A DNA stretch of 32,000 nt from Nitratidesulfovibrio vulgaris str. Hildenborough (GTDB lineage Bacteria > Desulfobacterota > Desulfovibrionia > Desulfovibrionales > Desulfovibrionaceae): the NCBI RefSeq assembly GCF_000195755.1, contig NC_002937.3, positions 1,470,001 to 1,502,000 of the forward strand, given 5' to 3'. Both the position numbers and the translations under genes were made by a program. This document shows, piece after piece, positions 22,848-31,800 of the stretch. Below the pieces are notes generated by a model, which saw only the letters and a program-made list of their open reading frames with translations, did no database searches and was not told where the DNA came from. Within the stretch, counting starts at the first letter, position 1. The number at the start of each line of letters is the position of its first letter.

Positions 22848-24223
22848 AGCATCTTCTGGTGATTGATGATGAACCCGGTCACAGGCTCATGGTGCGTGCC
22901 GTCATGGAGGATGTGGGCTGGCATGTGGTCGAGGCCGGTAGCGGCGAAGAAGGGCTTGAACTCCTCGTCCATGAGCAGGTTCATGTCGTGCTGCTCGATA
23001 TGCGCATGCCTGGTATGGACGGGCAGGAGACGCTTGCCCGCATCCTCGAGATACAGCCCGGACTTCCAGTGGTGATGCTCACCGCCTATGGCACCGTGGG
23101 GTCGGCCGTAGAAGCCATGAAGTGCGGAGCGTTCGACTACCTCACCAAACCCGCCGACAATGAGGAACTGGTGGCCGTGCTTGAGAAGGCATGGGAACAT
23201 CGCAGGCTCGTGGTCGAGAACGAAGAGTTGCGAAAGCGGTACGTCGAGAACGACCCGACCGCCCCGTTGGTGGGGGCGAGTCAGGTCATGCACCGCATGC
23301 GTGACTTCATCAGACAGGCGGGGCCGAGTGAGGCGACGGTGCTCATCATGGGCGAGTCGGGCACAGGCAAGGAGCTTATCGCACAGGCACTTCATGATGC
23401 CAGCACGCGCGCCCGACAGCCACTGGTCAAGGTCAATTGCGCGGCACTGCCGGGACATCTGCTTGAAAGCGAGTTGTTCGGCTATGTCAGAGGGGCCTTC
23501 ACAGGTGCCGTGAAAGACAAGCCGGGACGTTTTCAGCTTGCCCGGGGAGGAACGCTGTTCCTTGACGAAATCGGCGAACTTCCGCTCGAGTTGCAGGCCA
23601 AGCTGTTACGCGTACTGCAGGAACGCGTGGTCGAACCTCTGGGCGGTGTGCGCCCCGTTTCGGTGGATGTGCGCATCATTGCCGCGACCAACCGCGACCT
23701 GCGCCGCGAAGTGGCGAAGGGAACGTTCAGAGAGGACTTGTATTTCAGGCTCAACGTCCTTGAAGTCGTCTCGCCACCCTTGCGCAAGCGCATGGAGGAT
23801 TTGCCGCAACTTGTCGAAGAATTGTTGGGGAAGCTTTGCAGAAAGAACAGGAAAAGCATACGCTGTATCAGTGCCGACTTTTTCGAGGCCCTGTCGCGGC
23901 ATAGTTGGCCGGGCAATGTCCGTGAACTTGAGAACGTCCTTGAGCGGGCCCTCATCCTGAGCAGGACAGACTCGTTGTCTGCGGATGCCTTGCCTCCGCA
24001 ACTGTTCGGAGATGAACCGCAGGTGGCGGACATGCAGCAGGAACGGCCTGTGGTCGATGATGATTCGCGACCCTGCTCGCTGGATGAGGCTGAAAAGGGT
24101 GAGTTGCTTCGTGCACTAGATGTGCACGGAGGGCATCGGGAGAAGACGGCGGATGCTCTGGGCATAAGCCGCAGGACGCTTCAATACAAGCTCAAGAAAT
24201 TCGGGCTGACACGACGAGCCTAG
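22844..24223 (+). CDS. Sigma-54-dependent response regulator (NtrC/ZraR/AtoC family), 459 aa
   Basis: - GTG start in a GTGA overlap with the kinase stop.
- Receiver domain (LLVIDDE...[12 protein letters not shown]).
- AAA+ Walker A GESGTGKE.
- GAFTGA loop intact (nt 23492-23509).
- C-terminal Fis-type HTH ([20 protein letters not shown]). Confidence 0.92.
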   Translation: MKHLLVIDDEPGHRLMVRAVMEDVGWHVVEAGSGEEGLELLVHEQVHVVLLDMRMPGMDGQETLARILEIQPGLPVVMLTAYGTVGSAVEAMKCGAFDYLTKPADNEELVAVLEKAWEHRRLVVENEELRKRYVENDPTAPLVGASQVMHRMRDFIRQAGPSEATVLIMGESGTGKELIAQALHDASTRARQPLVKVNCAALPGHLLESELFGYVRGAFTGAVKDKPGRFQLARGGTLFLDEIGELPLELQAKLLRVLQERVVEPLGGVRPVSVDVRIIAATNRDLRREVAKGTFREDLYFRLNVLEVVSPPLRKRMEDLPQLVEELLGKLCRKNRKSIRCISADFFEALSRHSWPGNVRELENVLERALILSRTDSLSADALPPQLFGDEPQVADMQQERPVVDDDSRPCSLDEAEKGELLRALDVHGGHREKTADALGISRRTLQYKLKKFGLTRRA

Positions 24224-24283
24224 ACGCTCTGCACCCTGTAAGGTCTTGCGGCGTCGGCGTGTGGTACCGCAGAGGAGAGCGCT

Positions 24284-24655
24284 ATGGCGACACTCGACGT
24301 TCAGGTCGTGCTCGACAGGTTGCACGGAGACCGGGCATTTCTCGGAGAACTCTATGAGACGTTTCTGGAGGACTTCGAGCGGCGCATGTCCCGCATGACA
24401 GCCGACTTCTCGTCCGGTGACCGCGAAGCGCTGGCCCGGCAGGCGCATAGTCTGAAAGGGGCGGCGGCAACGATTGGTGCCACCGACCTTCATCTTGCCG
24501 CCGCCTCGCTCGATGCCCTGTGTCGTAACAGGCAAGAGGATGAGATTCCCGGCCAGTGGGGCAAGGTGGTTCATGCGGCGCAGGATGCCCGTGATGCAAT
24601 GCTGGCGTGGCTGGCAGAGGAACGGGCTGCCGCTGGTTCTCCTGCGAACAGCTGA
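24284..24655 (+). CDS. Stand-alone histidine phosphotransfer (Hpt) domain protein, 123 aa
   Basis: GAGGAG lies 6 nt upstream of the ATG. The Hpt motif QAHSLKGAAATIGA is present, with the phospho-His codon at 24446-24448. Confidence 0.8.
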   Translation: MATLDVQVVLDRLHGDRAFLGELYETFLEDFERRMSRMTADFSSGDREALARQAHSLKGAAATIGATDLHLAAASLDALCRNRQEDEIPGQWGKVVHAAQDARDAMLAWLAEERAAAGSPANS

Positions 24656-24819
24656 CAAGGGGGGGCGGCTGCTGCCTTCAGGCTGTCTTGCATCCCGGGA
24701 ACGGGCTTCCCGAGGGGCTCATGGTTCTGAGCCTCGCCCACGGCAGTGTGCAGGCATGGTTTTCTCGCGACGCCCTGTTGTTGTCGGGCACGAGGTCTCT
24801 GGTGGAAAACAGTCGCGAT

Positions 24820-24854
24820 GGCAAGAAAAAAGGGCGCTTTCGCGCCCTTGCCTT
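24820..24854. terminator. Bidirectional rho-independent terminator (strongest on the minus strand)
   Basis: Stem AGGGCGC (24831-24837) / GCGCCCT (24842-24848) with a TTTC loop, an A6 run before and a T-run after. On the minus strand it directly follows the TAA stop at 24855-24857 and reads AAGGGCGCGAAAGCGCCCTTTTTTCTT. Confidence 0.85.
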
Positions 24855-25316
24855 TTATTGCCATTTTCCCCTGTCGTATCGGAGAATCTCAGTCACCTTG
24901 CGCGTCTTTACCGCAACGAAAGGACCGTTGAGAGCCACTTCGCGGCTGGGTGCACGGTTCTCGTATTCTACTTCGTGGTAGACCAGCAGCCCGATGAATT
25001 TTGCACCCGCGCTTCCGGGGTGCACATCGGTCGATACGGATGACGGGTCGACAGTGCGGTAGCGGGCTACGAACTCGCTTCCTTCCTGTTCGACAGCTTT
25101 GCTGTTCTCACCGGGCTTGAGGCACTCCGTCATGGTGCGGACATGCCGCTGCGCATAGGAGTTGAGCTTCAATTGCACGGCTTCCTGACTTTCTTCAGGG
25201 GTCGCGGCTTTCGCTGCTGCCTTTTTGGCAGGCTTGGCCGCATCGGCGGCAGAGGCGAGGGATACGTTGCCGAACAGAAGCCCGGCGATGATGAGCGGAA
25301 TGATGCGCTTGTGCAT
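24855..25316 (-). CDS. Hypothetical secreted protein, 153 aa
   Basis: The ATG at 25316 (MHKRIIPLIIAGLLFGNVSLASA) gives a signal peptide with an ASA cleavage site, followed by an Ala/Lys-rich linker and a ~100-aa globular part. It lies downstream of the vWA-OmpA gene. No family recognised. Confidence 0.6.
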   Translation of the reverse strand: MHKRIIPLIIAGLLFGNVSLASAADAAKPAKKAAAKAATPEESQEAVQLKLNSYAQRHVRTMTECLKPGENSKAVEQEGSEFVARYRTVDPSSVSTDVHPGSAGAKFIGLLVYHEVEYENRAPSREVALNGPFVAVKTRKVTEILRYDRGKWQ

Positions 25317-25333
25317 TGTAATCTCGTGCAAGA

Positions 25334-25361
25334 GTGGCCCGGCGGATAACCGCCGGGCCAC
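25334..25361 (-). terminator. Perfect 12-bp intercistronic hairpin (partial terminator or mRNA-stabilising element)
   Basis: GTGGCCCGGCGG (25334-25345) / CCGCCGGGCCAC (25350-25361) with a 4-nt loop. It starts 19 nt after the vWA-OmpA stop, and there is no clear U-tract on the minus strand (tcttgca). Confidence 0.5.
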
Positions 25362-25380
25362 ATTCATGCGGTGTGTACCG

Positions 25381-26415
25381 TTAGCGGAACGAGAGTTCCA
25401 CGCGGCGGTTCATGCTGCGACCCTGTTCGGTGCCGTTGTCGTACTTGGGCTGGCTTTCGCCGAAGCCGAAGGTGTCAAGACGGCTGGCCTCAACGCCCTG
25501 CTTCACGAGGAAGTCCTTGACGGACTTGGCGCGTGCGTCGGACAGCTTGAGGTTGTAGGCGTCGGTGCCGAGGTTGCAGGTGTGACCGGCGACGAGCAGC
25601 TTCTTGCCGGGGTTCGCCTTGATGATGCGGGCGGCCTCGGTGAGGATGCTGGTGGCGGAAGCGTCGAGCTTGGCGGAGTTCAGTGCGAACTGGACGTTAC
25701 GCAGCACGATGACTTCTTCCATGGGGGCGGCGGCAGCCTTGGGGGCCTGCTCGTCGTAGAACACGTCGCGGACGAACTTGTCGAGGGCCTTCTCGTTGTT
25801 CAGCAGGTCGGCGCCGTTCACGCTGACGGAGCAGGGGCTGAGCTTGGAGATGGCGTCGAGGGTGGCCTGACCCTTGGCGGTGTCGGCAAGGGAGATGACA
25901 TGGATGCATACGTCCTTGAGGGCGGCAACGGCCTTGGCGGCGGTCACGGGATCCATGCCCACGTTGGCTTCACCGTCACTGATGAGAATGACGGCGGCCT
26001 TGCGCTGCATGTTCTGGACGTAGGGCAGAGCCTTTTCGAAGCCCTGGCTCATGGGAGTCAGGCGACCGAAGATGTCGAAGTTGGACTTGAGGGACTTGAT
26101 GCCCTTTTCGTAGCCGGCACGATCCCAGGGACCCTGCGCGATCACTTCGGAAGAGGGCGCGAAGGTGTGCAGGCCGCCCTTGTAGCCGAGGGCGGGAATC
26201 TTGGCGTTGATGGCGGTCATCAGTTCCTTGGCGACCACGATCTTGTCCTTGCCCAGCTTGGCGTGCTTCATCGCCATGGAGCCGGAGTAGTCCACGAAGA
26301 AGTCGAAGCTCGAAATCTTGGGGACGAGGACCTTTTCGGGGGACGCGGCCAGGGCGCTGGAGGCGCAAGCGAAGACCAGCGCTGCCAGCAGTGCGAGATA
26401 ACGGGCAAATTTCAT
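25381..26415 (-). CDS. OmpA-family protein with N-terminal von Willebrand factor A domain, 344 aa
   Basis: - Start: the ATG at 26415 has GGAGG upstream.
- Signal peptide MKFARYLALLAALVFACASSALA.
- MIDAS DYSGS (nt 26278-26292).
- OmpA_C peptidoglycan-binding domain (VQFALNSAKLD...GHTCNLGTDAYNLKLSDARAKSVKDFL...NRRVELSF). Confidence 0.9.
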   Translation of the reverse strand: MKFARYLALLAALVFACASSALAASPEKVLVPKISSFDFFVDYSGSMAMKHAKLGKDKIVVAKELMTAINAKIPALGYKGGLHTFAPSSEVIAQGPWDRAGYEKGIKSLKSNFDIFGRLTPMSQGFEKALPYVQNMQRKAAVILISDGEANVGMDPVTAAKAVAALKDVCIHVISLADTAKGQATLDAISKLSPCSVSVNGADLLNNEKALDKFVRDVFYDEQAPKAAAAPMEEVIVLRNVQFALNSAKLDASATSILTEAARIIKANPGKKLLVAGHTCNLGTDAYNLKLSDARAKSVKDFLVKQGVEASRLDTFGFGESQPKYDNGTEQGRSMNRRVELSFR

Positions 26416-26474
26416 ATAAGCCTCCAAATCTGAAGTTTCGCCTGATTCCGGCATGAGATTACAACATGTGCAAT

Positions 26475-26503
26475 AACATAGCTGCAATCATACATCCGCG
26501 CAA
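26475..26503 (-). promoter_or_regulatory. Candidate sigma-70 promoter of the vWA-OmpA gene
   Basis: On the minus strand: TTGCGC (26503-26498), 17 nt, TATGTT (26480-26475). It sits about 60 nt upstream of the ATG, in a locally AT-rich stretch. Confidence 0.35.
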
Positions 26504-26556
26504 GCAGGTTGAGAATAATTCGTTCCTCCCCGGAACAGCGAACGACCCCTACCTGT

Positions 26557-27927
26557 TCAAACCTTCTGTGAAGGTGCAAGCAGTGCGGCTTCAAGGGCCT
26601 CATCAAGGGTCGGGTGGGCGAAGATGATGCCGTGCACATCTTCCCATCGCCACCGTTGCGAGACGATGACGGTCGCCAGCGTAACGAGATGCGACACGCC
26701 GTGACCGACGGCCGAAATCCCGCGTACCTGCCCTTCGACCCATAAGACGCGTATGAATCCGCCAGTTGTCCCATACGCCTGGGCAATGGGATTTGCAATG
26801 AGTTGGCTGGTGGATACGTGTACATCGTGCCCCGATGCGACGAGTTCGGCAACCGTGGCACCGGCGCGCATGACCTCGGTGTGCCCGTAGATGCAAGAGG
26901 GCATCACAGGGGCAGGGTAGCCGGAGGCCGAAGAGGCGGACCCGGACGCGATGTGGCTGATGACAAAGCGCGCCTGATGGTCGGCCGCATGGGCAAGCAG
27001 GGTGCGTCCGTTGACGTCGCCGATGGCGTAAAGCCCCGGTGCCGCGAGGAGATGGTCGTTGGTCTCCACCCATCCTGCGCCGAGCAGGGTTGCCCCTGCG
27101 GTCTCGAGGCCAAGGCCAGCTGTGGCAGGACGCCTGCCCACGGCCATGAGCGCCTTGTCGGCCACGAGTTCCGTCCCGTCTTCAAAACGCAGTTGCGCCT
27201 TGCCTTCGACGGTGGACAGGGAGGCTACGCGCCGTCCTGTATGGATGGCCCATCCCTCGCGCTTGAGAAGCTTGCCGAGCGTCTGGCCTATCTCGGGGTC
27301 TTCCGTCGGCGCCAGTCTGTCGAGCCCTTCGACTATGGTGATTGCCGTGCCGAGACGTGAGAAGAAATCGCCCATCTCAAGGCCGATGGCTCCCCCGCCG
27401 ACGATGATCAGGCTGTCGGGGACTTCGGTGACATCCAGAAGCGCCGTGGAGTCGAGAACCGCTTCCCCGTCGGGTGCGAGGCCCGGAAAGGAGGCTGGCA
27501 CCGAGCCCGTGGCGACGATGACGTTACGAGCTGCGAGTTCCCGTGTTCCCTCACCGTCGACCACTTCGACATGTCCCGGGCCTGCGAGTCTGGCCGTACC
27601 CGTGATGACCTCGATACCGGCCTGACGAAGCTGCTTTTCAAGGGCCTGTCGGGTTCCGTTGATGAATCGCGTCTTGCGCGCCTGAAGGGCGGTCAGGTCG
27701 AAATCGATGGTTCCCTGTGCCGTCTTGAGCTTCTTCTGGACTTCAAGGAGTGGATGCGCAGCCGTTCCACCGAGAAGCAGTTTGGTGGGAATGCAGCCCC
27801 AATTGAGGCAGGTGCCGCCAAAACTGCCCTTGTCCACGATGGCGACGCGCAGGCCCGCCGCCGCAGCTTCGAGGGCGGCCCGGCTTCCGCCGGGCCCTGC
27901 TCCGAGTATCACGACATCATAGGTCAT
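26557..27927 (-). CDS. lpdA: Dihydrolipoyl dehydrogenase (L-protein / E3), 456 aa
   Basis: FAD-binding MTYDVVILGAGPGGSRAA and the redox-active disulfide GGTCLNWGCIPTK are present, along with NAD-binding and dimerisation domains. The gene overlaps the gcvPB stop by 11 nt. Confidence 0.9.
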   Translation of the reverse strand: MTYDVVILGAGPGGSRAALEAAAAGLRVAIVDKGSFGGTCLNWGCIPTKLLLGGTAAHPLLEVQKKLKTAQGTIDFDLTALQARKTRFINGTRQALEKQLRQAGIEVITGTARLAGPGHVEVVDGEGTRELAARNVIVATGSVPASFPGLAPDGEAVLDSTALLDVTEVPDSLIIVGGGAIGLEMGDFFSRLGTAITIVEGLDRLAPTEDPEIGQTLGKLLKREGWAIHTGRRVASLSTVEGKAQLRFEDGTELVADKALMAVGRRPATAGLGLETAGATLLGAGWVETNDHLLAAPGLYAIGDVNGRTLLAHAADHQARFVISHIASGSASSASGYPAPVMPSCIYGHTEVMRAGATVAELVASGHDVHVSTSQLIANPIAQAYGTTGGFIRVLWVEGQVRGISAVGHGVSHLVTLATVIVSQRWRWEDVHGIIFAHPTLDEALEAALLAPSQKV

Positions 27928-29362
27928 CGGTCAGCACCATGTTGCGGGCTGCAGCCGTCTCATCAAGGCGTCGCACGGGAGTGTGCAGCGGCGCGTCGTG
28001 CAACGCGTCCGGGGTCTGCCGTCCCTGTTCGACGATGGAGGCAAGGTCGTCCATGAAGGCGTCGAGAGTCTCCCTGCTTTCTGTCTCGGTAGGCTCGAAC
28101 ATGAGGCATTCCTTGACGATGAGCGGAAAGTAGATGGTCGGGGCATGGTAGCCCTTGTCGAGCAACGCCTTGGCGATGTCCAGCGCACGTACGCCGCATT
28201 CGGCCGTATTGCAGGCGGAGGCGACGAATTCATGCATGCATGTGCGGTCGTGGGGGATGTCGAGCACCCCGCGCAACTTGCAGCGCATGTAGTTGGCGTT
28301 GAGCACCGCGAATTCGGAGGCGCGCGTCAGACCTTCTGCCCCGAGACGCAGGATGTAGGCATACGCCTTCAGCAGCACACCGAAGTTGCCGTAGAAGGGG
28401 GCCACATACCCGATGGACTTGGGGTAGTCGTAGTTGAGGAAGAAGTGGCCGTCGCGTTCCTTCTCGACCCGCGAGATGGGCAGGTAGGGTTCAAGGCGTG
28501 CACTCACGCCCACGGGGCCCGAACCGGGGCCGCCGCCGCCATGCGGTGTGCCGAAGGTCTTGTGCAGGTTGAGGTGCACCACGTCGAAGCCCACATCGCC
28601 TACGCGCATCTTGCCCATGATGGCGTTGAGGTTCGCCCCGTCGTAATAGAGCAGGGCATCGACGGCGCGCAGCTTCTCGACGATGCGCGGCAGGTGCTTC
28701 TCGAACAGGCCCAGCGTGTTGGGGCATGTCATCATGAGGGCTGCCACTTCGTCGTCGAGCACGGCTTCGAGCGCGTCGGGGTCGACGAGGCCGTCCTTCG
28801 ATTCGATGTTCACCACCTCGTACCCGGCGAGTGCGGCGGAGGCGGGGTTGGTGCCATGTGCCGAGTCGGGGCAGATGATCTTGGTCTTACGGTTGCCCTT
28901 GTCCTTATGGTAGGCGGCAATGAGCATGACGCCCGTGAGTTCGCCGTGCGCCCCGGCCATGGGGTGCAGGGTGAAGGCGGCCATGCCGTTGATTTCGCAG
29001 AGCAGCCGCTCCGTCTCCCACATGACTTCGAGAGCGCCTTGCGTGTACTGCCCGGCCCCCTTGAGCTGTGCCATGAGCGGATGCAGGCGGGTGAAGCCCG
29101 GCAGCGCGGCGACATGCTCGGTGAACTTGGGGTTGTACTTCATCGTGCATGAGCCGAGCGGGTAGAAATTGCCGTCCACGCTGTAGTTGAGTCTGGAAAG
29201 CCCGGTGAAATGGCGAACCACATCGAGTTCGCTCACCTCGGGAAGCCGGGGCGCCTTCGAGCGCAGGAGTCCGGCGGGCAGCATGTCGGCAGCCTTTCTG
29301 GAAGGGGCCGAGGGAAGGGCGGCACTTCTGCCGGGCACCGATTTGGCGAATACGGTCTTCAC
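27917..29362 (-). CDS. gcvPB: Glycine dehydrogenase (decarboxylating) subunit 2, 481 aa
   Basis: The 595-aa ORF is trimmed to the GTG at 29362, which has GGAGG 6 nt upstream and forms a GTGA overlap with the gcvPA stop. Conserved GcvPB blocks: LPEVSELDVVRHFTGLSRLNYSVD, YPLGSCTMKYNPK, and HLNLHKTFGTPHGGGGPG (PLP lysine region). Confidence 0.9.
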   Translation of the reverse strand: MKTVFAKSVPGRSAALPSAPSRKAADMLPAGLLRSKAPRLPEVSELDVVRHFTGLSRLNYSVDGNFYPLGSCTMKYNPKFTEHVAALPGFTRLHPLMAQLKGAGQYTQGALEVMWETERLLCEINGMAAFTLHPMAGAHGELTGVMLIAAYHKDKGNRKTKIICPDSAHGTNPASAALAGYEVVNIESKDGLVDPDALEAVLDDEVAALMMTCPNTLGLFEKHLPRIVEKLRAVDALLYYDGANLNAIMGKMRVGDVGFDVVHLNLHKTFGTPHGGGGPGSGPVGVSARLEPYLPISRVEKERDGHFFLNYDYPKSIGYVAPFYGNFGVLLKAYAYILRLGAEGLTRASEFAVLNANYMRCKLRGVLDIPHDRTCMHEFVASACNTAECGVRALDIAKALLDKGYHAPTIYFPLIVKECLMFEPTETESRETLDAFMDDLASIVEQGRQTPDALHDAPLHTPVRRLDETAAARNMVLTDDL

Positions 29363-30690
29363 AGGATGCCTCCGAGCATTTCGGCCAGAATACCGACCTG
29401 TTCGAACGAATGTTTCTCTGTGCAGGCCACCAGCAGCACGTTGTCCATGCCGGGATAGTAGCGTCCGACAGGGAAGCCGGGCACGTAGCCGCGGGCGGTG
29501 AGCCTGTCCACAACCTCGAATGCGCTCACCGGAAGGCGAACGGCGAACTCGTTGCCGAAGGGGGCGTCGTGCAGGAGTTCCACGCCGGGCAGGGCGGTAA
29601 GCCGTTCTGCGGCGTATCTGGCCCGCTCCATGGAGAGTTCGGCGGTGCGGACGAGCCCTTCGGGGCCGAGCAACGTGAGGTGGATGAGGCTGCGCAGGGC
29701 GCACAGGGCCTGGTTCGAGCAGATGTTGGACGTGGCCTTGGCGCGGCGGATGTGCTGTTCGCGCGCTTGCAGCGTCAGCACATAGCCCGTGCGTCCGTCG
29801 ACATCCTGCGTGCGTCCGACGATGCGCCCCGGAATCTGGCGCACGAGGGGCTTGGTGCAGGTCATGATGCCAAGATACGGCCCGCCGAAGCTCAGGGGTT
29901 GACCGATGGACTGGCCGTCGGCCACGGCGATGTCGGCCCCCATCTCGCCCGGTGTCTTCAGCACCGACTGCATGACGGGGTAGACGGAGATGACGCCGAG
30001 TGCCTTGTGGGCACGTGCATGGGTGAACAGGTCGGTGAAGTCGGTGATGGCACCGAAGAAGTTGGGGTTCTGCACCACCACGGCGGCGCAGGTGTCATCG
30101 ACGGAGGCCTTCAGGGCATCCATGTCGGACAGACCGTCACGATGCGGCACCGTCACCAGTTCGAGTTGCAGATTCGAGGTGTAGGAGGCCAGCATCGTCC
30201 GGTAGATGGGCGACAGGGCCTCGTCGATGACCAGCTTGCGCCTTCTGGTGGCGCGCACCGCCATCATCATGGCCTCGAAGAGGGCCGAACCGCCATCGTA
30301 GACGGATGCGTTGGCGCAGTCCATGTCCAGCAGACGGCACACCGCTGTCTGGAATTCGAATATGGCCTGTAGCGTGCCCTGCGCGGCTTCGGGCTGGTAG
30401 GGGGTGTAGGCGGTGTAGAACTCCCCGCGAGAGGAGAGGGCGTCCACTGCTTTGGGGATGTGGTGGTCGTAGAAGCCGGCACCGAGGAAGCTCACCACGT
30501 CGGTGCGGTTTCTGGCGGAAAGGGCTTCAAGACGCGAGCATACGTCCATCTCGCTCAACCCCTTGGGCAGGGCGAAGCTCTTGGGGCGCATCTCTGCGGG
30601 GATGTCTGCGAAGAGGTCTTCAATGGTGTTCACGCCGATGGCGTCGAGCATCACGCTGACGTCTTCGGGCGAATGCGGGACGAAGGGCAT
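29359..30690 (-). CDS. gcvPA: Glycine dehydrogenase (decarboxylating) subunit 1, 443 aa
   Basis: MPFVPHSPEDVSVMLDAIGVNTIEDLFADIP..., with FLGAGFYDHHIP, YTPYQPEAAQGTLQAIFEFQT and SFGGPYLG. GGAGGAG lies upstream of the ATG at 30690. Confidence 0.92.
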   Translation of the reverse strand: MPFVPHSPEDVSVMLDAIGVNTIEDLFADIPAEMRPKSFALPKGLSEMDVCSRLEALSARNRTDVVSFLGAGFYDHHIPKAVDALSSRGEFYTAYTPYQPEAAQGTLQAIFEFQTAVCRLLDMDCANASVYDGGSALFEAMMMAVRATRRRKLVIDEALSPIYRTMLASYTSNLQLELVTVPHRDGLSDMDALKASVDDTCAAVVVQNPNFFGAITDFTDLFTHARAHKALGVISVYPVMQSVLKTPGEMGADIAVADGQSIGQPLSFGGPYLGIMTCTKPLVRQIPGRIVGRTQDVDGRTGYVLTLQAREQHIRRAKATSNICSNQALCALRSLIHLTLLGPEGLVRTAELSMERARYAAERLTALPGVELLHDAPFGNEFAVRLPVSAFEVVDRLTARGYVPGFPVGRYYPGMDNVLLVACTEKHSFEQVGILAEMLGGIL

Positions 30691-30704
30691 GACGGCTCCT
30701 CCGC

Positions 30705-31088
30705 CTAGTGGGCTTCGCTGGCGACGAGTTCACCGTAGGCGGTGGCGTCGAGCAGGTCTTCAGGGGTTGCGGCAAGCTTCACACGCAGCATCCAGCCTTC
30801 GGTGTAGGGCGACTGGTTGACCAGTTCGGGAGCCGATGCGAGGGCGTCATTGACGGCGATGACCTCTCCGGCGACAGGTGCGTAGAGCTCGCTGGCAGCC
30901 TTGACGGATTCGACGGAGCCCATCTCCTGTTCCACGTCGAGGGTGTCGCCCACACCGGGAAGGTCGACGAAGGTCAGGTCGCCAAGCTGTTCCTGTGCGA
31001 AATGGGTGATGCCGATGACGGCTTCGTCGCCTTCGATGCGAATCCATTCGTGGGTCTTGCTGTACTTGAGTTCGGCGGGGATGCTCAT
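30705..31088 (-). CDS. gcvH: Glycine cleavage system H protein, 127 aa
   Basis: Trimmed to the ATG at 31088 ([44 protein letters not shown]), with AGGAGA upstream. The lipoyl-lysine motif [18 protein letters not shown] is present. Confidence 0.92.
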
Positions 31089-31140
31089 GGGTTGTCTCCT
31101 GTTGTGCGGCCCGTGGTCGTGGACGCTTGGTTTTGGTTGG

Positions 31141-31169
31141 TAGATACCCGCTCGCCCCTGCGGGGGCAA
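31141..31169 (-). promoter_or_regulatory. Candidate sigma-70 promoter of the gcvH-PA-PB-lpdA operon
   Basis: On the minus strand: TTGCCC (31169-31164), 17 nt, TATCTA (31146-31141). It lies between the upstream terminator and the gcvH RBS. Confidence 0.35.
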
Positions 31170-31185
31170 GTGCTAGATGCGTAAA

Positions 31186-31214
31186 GCAAAAGGCCGGATG
31201 GTTCCGGCCTTTTG
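31186..31214. terminator. Rho-independent terminator after the receiver gene (bidirectional geometry)
   Basis: AAAAGGCCGGA tggt TCCGGCCTTTTG: an 8-bp GC-rich stem flanked by an A-run and a T-run. On the minus strand it follows the stop at 31280 and ends in ttttgcttt. Confidence 0.85.
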
Positions 31215-31279
31215 TCGCATCTTGTGATGGCTGCGCGCTCCCCCCGCAGGAGGGCTGGAGAGGACGCGTCGTGAGGGTA

Positions 31280-31693
31280 TCACGCTTCGTTCTTGGACAG
31301 ATGCACGCCGAGTTTCTCTATCTCGTCCAGCAGAATCTGTCTGCGTATGGGCTTGACGATGTAGCTTGTGGCTTCGCCGAGAAAGAATGCATCATGCACT
31401 TCGCTGGAGTCGTCGAGACCGGTGAGCATGATGATCTTGGCAGCTTTCTCGGGTGCGATGCCATGCTCCTTCTCTATCTCGCGTATCTCGCGCAGTGCCT
31501 GCTGCCCGTCGGCATTGGGCATGAGAATGTCGAGCGTGATGACATCATAGGGTTCGCCGTCGCCGAGTGCGGCTCGAAAGGCCTCGACGCCCTCCTCACC
31601 GTCGGTGGCGACGTCCACATAGCCGTATGGGTGCAATAGCTTCTGGACGAGCCTGCGGCTGTCGAAGTCGTCGTCTACGACAAGAAACTTCAT
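31280..31693 (-). CDS. Single-domain response regulator (CheY-like receiver), 137 aa
   Basis: MKFLVVDDDFDSRRLV...DVITLDILMPNADG...IIMLTG...YIVKP: the acidic pocket, phospho-Asp, and Thr/Lys positions are all present, and there is no output domain. Confidence 0.88.
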   Translation of the reverse strand: MKFLVVDDDFDSRRLVQKLLHPYGYVDVATDGEEGVEAFRAALGDGEPYDVITLDILMPNADGQQALREIREIEKEHGIAPEKAAKIIMLTGLDDSSEVHDAFFLGEATSYIVKPIRRQILLDEIEKLGVHLSKNEA

Positions 31694-31800
31694 TGCAGTG
31701 TTTCCCCCGATGTTGTCTTGGATACGTGTTTTATACGCATTGAGCCATAGCCCAGACAGTCCCCACTGTCCAGCCGTGAGCCTTCAACCATCAATGATTA

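Noticed and set aside
31225-31270. A CTGGAGAG-containing sequence near gcvH that at first suggested a glycine riboswitch
   Set aside because: The motif is on the plus strand, while gcvH is on the minus strand, and it lies upstream of the intervening terminator. No paired aptamer elements (ACCGAAGGGGCAA-type) occur on the minus strand.
31755-31770. Palindrome GACAGT-cccc-ACTGTC between the pgm stop and the receiver gene start
   Set aside because: The stem is only 6 bp and there is no U-tract. It could be a weak pgm terminator or an operator, but the evidence is too thin to call.
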